This document shows, piece after piece, positions 35,921-42,497 of a stretch of DNA of 42,497 bases. Made by a program: the position numbers and the translations under genes. The notes under the pieces were generated by a model. It was not told the DNA's origin and ran no database searches. It saw nothing but the letters and a program-made list of their open reading frames with translations. This DNA comes from a virus. Taxonomy: Duplodnaviria; Caudoviricetes. Every line of letters starts with the position of its first letter. The stretch's first letter is position 1. The stretch covers positions 1 through 42,497 of the IMG/VR virus record IMGVR_UViG_3300032421_000009, one strand, 5' to 3'.

Positions 35921-36463
35921 ATGAGGACACTCTTACTCGCTGGCGCTGCCACGCTGGCACTCGCCACCGCCGCCCAGGCCGGCCAGATCTCCGCCGGATC
36001 GGTGTTGAACATCGTTGGAAACGCCAACTTCAACTCGACGCAGGTGACGTTCACCAACCCGGCGAATCTCGTGAACGGATCGGGCGATTTCGCCGCCCTT
36101 GGCACCTGCATCGGCTGCGTCACCATGACGACGCCGCTGTTCTACAACCCGCCGGTGTTCGGCCAGGCCTACACCGCCACCAACAACTCGCTGACGGCCA
36201 GCTTCGACCTGCTGTCGCTCGACAACACCAGCGGCAACGGGACGACGACACTGGGCTTGGAGTATTCCGGCGTTGCCCATCTGACGGGATTCGATGCCAC
36301 GCCGGGGCAGCTCGTCTACACCATCAACCAGTTCGGCCAACTGATCGGCAGTTTCAGCGCCTCCACCATCGCCAACCCGGTGGCTGAGCCGGTCTCGCTC
36401 GCGATCCTGGGCACCGGGCTGCTCGGTCTGGGCCTCGTGCGTAACCGCCGCCGTGATGTCTGA
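35921..36463 (+). CDS. PEP-CTERM-like protein 2 (paralog of 32912..33448)
   Basis: AAGGAG SD; signal peptide; VAEPVSLAILGTGLLGLGLVRNRRR; shares AGSVxNIVGNAxF, PANLV, ALGTCxGCV, ATNNxLTA and GFDxTPG with protein 1. Confidence 0.85.
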   Translation: MRTLLLAGAATLALATAAQAGQISAGSVLNIVGNANFNSTQVTFTNPANLVNGSGDFAALGTCIGCVTMTTPLFYNPPVFGQAYTATNNSLTASFDLLSLDNTSGNGTTTLGLEYSGVAHLTGFDATPGQLVYTINQFGQLIGSFSASTIANPVAEPVSLAILGTGLLGLGLVRNRRRDV

Positions 36464-36659
36464 CACTCCGCCGCTCGACCGGTTGGCTGGCTGCGAGATG
36501 ATGCTGACCCAGGACGGAACGCTGAAAGTCACGCTGCTCATGAACGATCTGGAGGAGGCCCGCGCCTGGGCCTCCTACCTGCTCGCCTGGCGCCGTTTCA
36601 AAGCCAAGCCTGACCACGAGCCGCTCGGCGGCCTCCTGCAGGTGCGGAATGCCCGCTAA
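36453..36659 (+). CDS. Hypothetical protein
   Basis: Overlap-coupled ORF. Confidence 0.45.
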   Translation: MMSDTPPLDRLAGCEMMLTQDGTLKVTLLMNDLEEARAWASYLLAWRRFKAKPDHEPLGGLLQVRNAR

Positions 36660-36882
36660 GCTGTCTTACCCGGTGTATCGGCGCTGGCTCAGCGGCGCCA
36701 CGCCGCTGGAGGTGGAGGTGTTGCACGAGACCGGCTCGCAGGCGCTGGTGCGGGTCTGGCGCGAGCCTGGGGCGCCGAAAGGGGAGCAGCGCATCGCCTG
36801 GTGGGTGGCGATCAGCGCGCTGATGGACGAGCCGCTGAAGATGCGGCGGCGGCCCAAGCGGTGCCTGCAGGTGCAGCGGTGA
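36649..36882 (+). CDS. Hypothetical protein
   Basis: Overlap-coupled ORF. Confidence 0.45.
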   Translation: MPAKLSYPVYRRWLSGATPLEVEVLHETGSQALVRVWREPGAPKGEQRIAWWVAISALMDEPLKMRRRPKRCLQVQR

Positions 36883-37127
36883 TCAAAGCGACAGGCAAGG
36901 GGCCGACAGGCAAGGACACGCTGTTCGTCGGGTTGAGCTTCGGCAACTTGGACAAGTTCCGCACCGGCCCGCTCGATAGCCACATCCTGATCAGAGGCGA
37001 GGAGCTGGGGCTGCCGCACGACGTGCTGATTTTCAGCGGCGAGACGGAGGCGCAGATGGCCGATCTGCTGGCGAATGGCTTTGGCCCTGACACCAAGGTC
37101 CACATTAGCGGCCGGTCGAAGAACTGA
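36879..37127 (+). CDS. Hypothetical protein
   Basis: GTGA-coupled ORF (MIKATGKG...LFVGLSFGNL). Confidence 0.55.
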   Translation: MIKATGKGPTGKDTLFVGLSFGNLDKFRTGPLDSHILIRGEELGLPHDVLIFSGETEAQMADLLANGFGPDTKVHISGRSKN

Positions 37128-37500
37128 GCAGTGCCTGTACAAACCCGGAAGTCACCCGTAAACGGTCGTTTGCAAACGTTCCCACATGAGTGACGAGGAC
37201 GAGCGGGCGATGGCGCTGTTGCGCTGGCTGCTGGCGTTGTCGCTTGTGCCGCAGGGCGAAACCGCAGCTAATCGGCGCCGCCGCCGCAAATTGCTCGTCT
37301 GGGTCAAGAGCCAATTAGCCGGCTAAACCCGGGTGCCGCCGTCCGCACCAAGTTGCTTACCACGCCTTATACAGCGCTGCCTTAATCGGTCGTCACAATC
37401 GCCAAAGCCCGCGCCATGGGCCTGACTCCCAGGTTCGGGCCAGGGCCGGCACGGTGGTAATGACGCCGGCCGGCCCGCTCACCGCCGCTTAACCCCACGG

Positions 37501-37557
37501 TCCGTCAGCGGTCCGTCAAACTCCGTCAAACTCCGTCAGACTCCATCAAATCCCGTC
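37501..37557 (+). repeat. 10-bp tandem repeat TCCGTCAAAC (about 6 degenerate copies)
   Basis: tccgtcagcg g tccgtcaaac tccgtcaaac tccgtcagac tccatcaaat cccgtc, abutting the terL ATG. Confidence 0.85.
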
Positions 37558-38877
37558 ATGTCCGAAACACAGCGCCAGAGGCTGGAGGTGCCGTTCGCGC
37601 CTCGCCCGTGGCAAATCCCGCTCATCGACGACCCGGCCCAGCGCATCGTGGCCGTGGTGCATCGCCGTGCCGGCAAGAGCACGGCGCTGCTCTGGCGCGG
37701 CCTCAAGCGGGCGGTGACCACCAGGCGCCCGCAGCCGCGCGTCGTCCACATCCTGCCCTACGGCGTCATGTGGACCCGCACAGGGCTGTGGGACCAGGCG
37801 GTTAAGGCAGCCGAGGCGATCCCCGGCAGCCAGGTGCGGCGCAGCGAGATGGCGATCCGGCTACCGAACGGCGGAACGTGGCAGGCGGGAGGGGCGGATA
37901 ATCCGGACAGTTGGCGCGGGGGGTATGCCGACGAGTGCATCATCGATGAGTTCGATGATACGCCGCAGACGATGGTTCCTCTCGTCATTGAGCCGATGCT
38001 CGCCGACCGTGACGGAACGCTGGTGCGTAGCGGCACGCCGAAAGGCCGGGGACTTTTGCAGGCGGCGTATGCCAGAGCGAGGGTCTCTCCCGGCTACTCG
38101 TCGTATCTGCTGGATTATACGAAGACGAACGCTCTTAGTGACGAAGCTATTGCCAGGCTGCGCGAAGAAATGAGCGATGAGGAGTTCGCGCAGGAGCTGG
38201 AATGCTCGTTCAACGCGCCAAACTCTGGGAGCTACTATGGCAAGCTTCTCGATGCTGCCGAGCGCGAAGGCCGCATAACCAATGTCCCACATGATCCTGC
38301 GCTCAAGGTCTGGACCGCGTTTGACCTTGGCATTGATGACAGCACCGCCATCTGGTTCGCGCAGGTAACGCGTGGCGGCGAGTGGCGGCTGATCGACTAC
38401 ATCGAGGACTCGGGCGTCGGGCTGGACCATTATGCGCGGTTACTCCAGCAGCGGCCGTACGTCTACGAGCGCCACATCCTGCCGCACGACGCGGCGGTGA
38501 AGGAACTGGGCAGCGGGCTGGCGCGCACCGAGACGCTCAACAGCCTCGGCGTGCGGCCCTGGCGGGTGCTGCAGCAGCACGGCGTGGCGGACGGTATCAA
38601 CGCGGTGCGCATGGTGCTGCCGAAGTGCTGGATCGACGCAGAGCGCTGCGCCAAGGGCATCCACGCGTTGCGGCACTACAGACGCGAGTGGAACGAGGCG
38701 GCGCAGACCTGGCGCAGCAGTCCGGTGCATGACCACGCCTCGCATGGCGCGGATGCCGCGCGGTATCTGTGCCTGGGCGTGCGGCAGGACCAGCCGCCGC
38801 CGGTCGAGCGGGCGCCGCGCGAGCCGTGGGAATACACCCAGCCCGGCGAACTGACACAGGACTGGATGCGGCTTTAA
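37558..38877 (+). CDS. terL: Terminase large subunit
   Basis: Walker A HRRAGKS, Walker B CIIDE, SGTPKG, nuclease AFDLGIDDSTAIW and HDHASHGADA. Confidence 0.95.
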   Translation: MSETQRQRLEVPFAPRPWQIPLIDDPAQRIVAVVHRRAGKSTALLWRGLKRAVTTRRPQPRVVHILPYGVMWTRTGLWDQAVKAAEAIPGSQVRRSEMAIRLPNGGTWQAGGADNPDSWRGGYADECIIDEFDDTPQTMVPLVIEPMLADRDGTLVRSGTPKGRGLLQAAYARARVSPGYSSYLLDYTKTNALSDEAIARLREEMSDEEFAQELECSFNAPNSGSYYGKLLDAAEREGRITNVPHDPALKVWTAFDLGIDDSTAIWFAQVTRGGEWRLIDYIEDSGVGLDHYARLLQQRPYVYERHILPHDAAVKELGSGLARTETLNSLGVRPWRVLQQHGVADGINAVRMVLPKCWIDAERCAKGIHALRHYRREWNEAAQTWRSSPVHDHASHGADAARYLCLGVRQDQPPPVERAPREPWEYTQPGELTQDWMRL

Positions 38878-39182
38878 TGGTCGCCTGCCGGTCGCCTGGT
38901 CCAGCCTAGCTCGTCCCACATCTCGCGCGGTGGCTCGGATGCGTCAGGATTCATTCGCCTCAGAGCCTCGAAGGCGGCGGCTGTCTCCGCATCAAGCACG
39001 ATGGCAAACGCTTTCGGTGGTTTGTCGGTCCGCTTCATCAGACGCCACAGCAGCTTGATCTCCTTCGGCGTCAGACGACCCGCCCGCACGAACATGAGGT
39101 CGTAAATCTGCTGGTTGGTCATGCGTCGCCAGAACTGGCTGGGAATAGCAAGTCCGTCGTCTGACATGGCCGGCCCCTCCAA
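38874..39182 (-). CDS. Hypothetical antisense protein between terL and portal
   Basis: Fills the intergenic gap; likely start MSDDG (~39167) with GGAGG upstream. Confidence 0.5.
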   Translation of the reverse strand: MEGPAMSDDGLAIPSQFWRRMTNQQIYDLMFVRAGRLTPKEIKLLWRLMKRTDKPPKAFAIVLDAETAAAFEALRRMNPDASEPPREMWDELGWTRRPAGDH

Positions 39183-39207
39183 ATCCAGAAGACCGCTCTA
39201 GGACACG

Positions 39208-41433
39208 ATGGCCAAGAGTCAATCAAACACCGACAGCGAAATCGTGCGCGAGGCGCAGGACCGCCTCAACCGCGCGCACGAGTATCAGAACAACGCGCAC
39301 CGTCACTACAAGGCGGACATGGCCTTCGCCAATGGCGACGACGACAACAAGGCGCAGTGGGCCGATGGCATCAGCGCCGGCCGGCAGGCCGCCGGGCGTC
39401 CCGCGCTGACCGTCAACAAGACCCGCGTGCATTGCCTGCAGATCATCAACGACGCGCGGCAGAACCCGGTGCAGATCCGCGTTAATCCGGTGGGCGACGA
39501 TGCGACCTACGAGGCGGCGCAGATCTACGAGGGCATCATCCGCCACATCGAATACGTGTCCAACGCACAGCAGGCGTATGCCAACGCCACCTACTGCCAG
39601 GTGATGGGCGGCATCGGCTACTGGCGCGTGCTGGTGGACTACATGCACGACGATACGTTCGACCAGGAAATCTACATCAAGCGCATCGCCGACCCGACGC
39701 AGGTCTACCTGGACCCGGACATCCAGCAGGCGGACGGCAGCGACGCGAAGTGGGGCTTCCTGTTCTACGAGATGACGCGGGAGGAATACGAAGCCGAGTA
39801 TGGCGTCGATAAGGACGACACCAACCTGAACAATGCCGCACTGTCGCTCAACTCGCCCGGAGCCGGCGGCACGGTCTACCGCACCAACGACAAGCATGTG
39901 CAGGTGGTGGAGTATTACCGGAGCTGCACCAGGAGCGACCGGCTGCTGCAGATGCACGACGGCAGCGTGGTGCGCGAGAGCCAGCTACCGAAGGGCATGC
40001 TGGAGGAATTGGCGCAGGTCGGCGTCACGCCGCGGGCCGAACGCGACATTGCCGAGCCACAGGTCGAGTGGTTCCTGATCGCCGACAGCAAGATCATCGA
40101 CCGCAAGGACTGGTTGGGACAGTTCATTCCTATCGTGCGCGTGCCGTGCGAGGAGATCGTGCTCGACGGCAAGCTCGACTGGGTCTCGCATGTGCGACAC
40201 CTGCGCGATCCGCAGCGTCTATACAACTGGTACACGAGCCAGGCGGCCGAGTTTGTGGCCTTGCAGACCAAGGCGCCGTTTGTCGGCACCGCGGAGGCCA
40301 TCGGGCCGTATCTCAACGACTGGGAGGCCGCCAACACCGAGAACAAGGCGGTGCTGCTGTATCGCGGCACCGGCGAGAACGGCCAGCCAATCCCGCCGCC
40401 GGAGCGCTCGCAGCCGCCGGTCATGGCACAGGCCTACATCGAGGGGCTGAAAATCAGCCAGGCCGAGATGATGATGGCGACCGGCCAGTATCAGGCGGTC
40501 ATGGGCGAGCCGAGTAATGAGACCAGCGGCAAGGCGATCAACGCGCGGCAGCGGCAGGGCGACAACGCGACGTACCATGTGATTGACCGGCTGGCGTCGG
40601 CGATCCGCTACACCGGGCGCATCATCCTCGACCTCATTCCACGGGTCTACGACACCAAGCGCGCTTTGATGATCATGGGCGAGGACGGCACGCAGACGCA
40701 GGTGCATCTGGACCCGGAAGCGCCGCAGCCGCACCAGACGACGCTGGACCCGCGCCAGCCGCCGCAACAGCCCAGCATGAACCCGCAGCAGGACCCCGAC
40801 AGCGAGCGCCAGCAGGCGCTGCGCACGGTGTTCAACCCGCTGAAGGGCCGCTACGCGGTGGTGGCGGACGTTGGCCCAAGCTACGCCACCAAGCGACAGG
40901 AAGCGTTCAACGCGTTCAGCCAGGTGATCGCGCAGAACGGCGCGGCGTTCCAGGTGATCGGCGACTTCTGGGCCAAGAACGCGGACTTCCCGGGCAGCGA
41001 CGAGATGGCGGCGCGGCTGAAACAGGGGCTGCCGCCGCAATACAAGGCCAACACGCCGTCGCCGGAGGTGCAGCAGCTCACCCAGGCCGCGCAGCAGATG
41101 CAGCAGCACGCGCAGGAATTGCTGCAGAAGGCCGATGCGGAGATCGCGCAGTTGAAAGCGCAGGTCGTGCATGCGCAGGAGCAGCTCAAGGACAAGAGCG
41201 AAGAGCTGAAGATCAAGGACTATGACAGCGAGACCAAGCGGCTCGACGTGGTGAGCGGCATTGATCCGATGGGGTCGCAGGTGGTGGTGCGGCAGATGAT
41301 CCGCGACATGCTGCAGGACGAGCTTGGCGAACTGCTGAAGCACCACGGCGAGATGGAGATGGCGCTGCAGGGCAACGTGCAGGCGGCCCAGCCGCCGGAG
41401 CCGGAGGGCGCGGACGTTGGCACGGGCGCCTAA
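39208..41433 (+). CDS. Portal protein, P22 gp1-like
   Basis: 741 aa; RPALTVNK, IPIVRV, RDPQRLYN, SGKAINARQRQG and DVGPSYATKRQE motifs; C-terminal helical barrel. Confidence 0.93.
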   Translation: MAKSQSNTDSEIVREAQDRLNRAHEYQNNAHRHYKADMAFANGDDDNKAQWADGISAGRQAAGRPALTVNKTRVHCLQIINDARQNPVQIRVNPVGDDATYEAAQIYEGIIRHIEYVSNAQQAYANATYCQVMGGIGYWRVLVDYMHDDTFDQEIYIKRIADPTQVYLDPDIQQADGSDAKWGFLFYEMTREEYEAEYGVDKDDTNLNNAALSLNSPGAGGTVYRTNDKHVQVVEYYRSCTRSDRLLQMHDGSVVRESQLPKGMLEELAQVGVTPRAERDIAEPQVEWFLIADSKIIDRKDWLGQFIPIVRVPCEEIVLDGKLDWVSHVRHLRDPQRLYNWYTSQAAEFVALQTKAPFVGTAEAIGPYLNDWEAANTENKAVLLYRGTGENGQPIPPPERSQPPVMAQAYIEGLKISQAEMMMATGQYQAVMGEPSNETSGKAINARQRQGDNATYHVIDRLASAIRYTGRIILDLIPRVYDTKRALMIMGEDGTQTQVHLDPEAPQPHQTTLDPRQPPQQPSMNPQQDPDSERQQALRTVFNPLKGRYAVVADVGPSYATKRQEAFNAFSQVIAQNGAAFQVIGDFWAKNADFPGSDEMAARLKQGLPPQYKANTPSPEVQQLTQAAQQMQQHAQELLQKADAEIAQLKAQVVHAQEQLKDKSEELKIKDYDSETKRLDVVSGIDPMGSQVVVRQMIRDMLQDELGELLKHHGEMEMALQGNVQAAQPPEPEGADVGTGA

Positions 41434-42271
41434 CGCGCTGACGCGTCAAGGCTACGTGGCGGACGTGAACCCGCTGGCCGAGAGCTATGTGCCGGTGACG
41501 GACGCCGATCCGGGGCTATTTGGTCGCGTCATGGACTGGGTGCTGCGCCAGCAGCAGATATCGCAGGAACGTGGGCTGTGGACCGGCGGCCAGGTGTGGC
41601 AAGGCGGCCGCCCCACGGTGAAGGGTGTGGCCGACGCCGCGCAGCAATATGCCGGCAACTTCGAGGGCGGCATCAAGGCGTATCACGGATCGCCGCACAG
41701 CTTCGAGCGGTTTGACACGTCCAAGATCGGCACGGGCGTAGGCGCGCAGCCCTATGGGCGCGGACTCTATTTTGCCGGCAGTGAAGACGTGGCCAAGCCT
41801 TATCGTGGCGGTCCATCCGGCCACATGTACGAGGCAGACATCAAGGCAGAGCCGCATCAGATGCTCGATTGGGACCTGCCGTTTGCGGCACAGGGTGGTG
41901 TCGGCAAGGCGGCGCACGAGATCAGCCGGGATCTGCTCGCGAAAGCCTATCAGAAATCGGGCGGGTCGGCGGAATTTGCGGAAGAGCTGATGAAGGAGGG
42001 TGGCGGTCTGGGCAAGCCGTTCTCACCAGATATGACACCCGGCGATGCCATTCTGTGGGCGCAGGCTGTAGGGGTTGCCCCGGCAGATGTCTCGAAAGCC
42101 CTGCACGCCGCAGGCATCCCCGGACTGAAGTATTCCGACGCTGCCGTGGCGGGCGGTCCAGCCAAACAAAACTACGTCGTATTCAACGCCGACACCATCG
42201 ACATCCTGCGCAAGTATGGCATCGCCGGACTAGGCATCGGCCTCGGCGCAGCAGCTACACAAGGCGAATAA
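41417..42271 (+). CDS. ADP-ribosyltransferase-like (polyvalent-protein ART-type) domain protein
   Basis: AYHGSPHSFERFDTSKIGTGVGAQPYGRGLYFA...GIPGLKYSD...NYVVF. Confidence 0.6.
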   Translation: MARAPNALTRQGYVADVNPLAESYVPVTDADPGLFGRVMDWVLRQQQISQERGLWTGGQVWQGGRPTVKGVADAAQQYAGNFEGGIKAYHGSPHSFERFDTSKIGTGVGAQPYGRGLYFAGSEDVAKPYRGGPSGHMYEADIKAEPHQMLDWDLPFAAQGGVGKAAHEISRDLLAKAYQKSGGSAEFAEELMKEGGGLGKPFSPDMTPGDAILWAQAVGVAPADVSKALHAAGIPGLKYSDAAVAGGPAKQNYVVFNADTIDILRKYGIAGLGIGLGAAATQGE

Positions 42272-42340
42272 CCTTCCGGGCCGGGACGTACCCACTCTTC
42301 CACGGGGAGTGGCGACGTTGGCAGGCGTGTGGTCACCGAG

Positions 42341-42497
42341 CGCTCCGGTTCGCCGGTTCGGTGACGGAAAACCACAGTGACAATCCGATGAGCGAAACAC
42401 AGCAACAGCCAGCTACCGAAGAGCGCGTCCCGCAGTCGCAGCACGTCCTGCAGAACGAGGAGAACGAGGACGCCACCCTACCGCTGCAACAGCCGCC
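42341..42497. repeat. Terminal direct repeat, right copy
   Basis: Matches 1-157 with one mismatch. Confidence 0.97.

Overview
This window is an apparently complete, circularly permuted genome of a high-GC P22-like podophage: 42,340 bp plus a 157-nt terminal overlap. The host is probably an alphaproteobacterium, because the phage carries a GcrA homolog. Modules in order: scaffold, coat, gp4, collagen-like/SPRY appendages, gp10 hub, tail and ejection genes (48-17615); a minus-strand accessory/early region with a recombinase (17612-23126); a cI/cro switch with GACA-N7-TGTC operators; a rightward early operon (GcrA, methylases, VRR-NUC, DnaA-C HTH, replication initiator with iterons, NusG-like antiterminator); terS, morons, terL, portal and an ART-like gene. 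The most striking element is at about 27288-29124. A Cas7/RAMP-like gene and a conserved partner gene are interleaved with non-coding arrays of GG(C/T)NN pentamers, punctuated by a 4-nt GGCA into ~34-59-nt units and closed by a GNRA hairpin. This is a candidate RNA-guided system in which the variable NN dinucleotides carry the targeting information (VIPR-like). Other oddities: a tail-hub gene split into two ORFs with inserted domains; an ATA-initiated tail fibre; two PEP-CTERM paralogs; a sulfotransferase-like plus hydroxylase pair inside the virion module; structured leaders before the scaffold and coat genes; and no recognisable integrase or endolysin. All family assignments are by eye from motifs and synteny; no database search was run.
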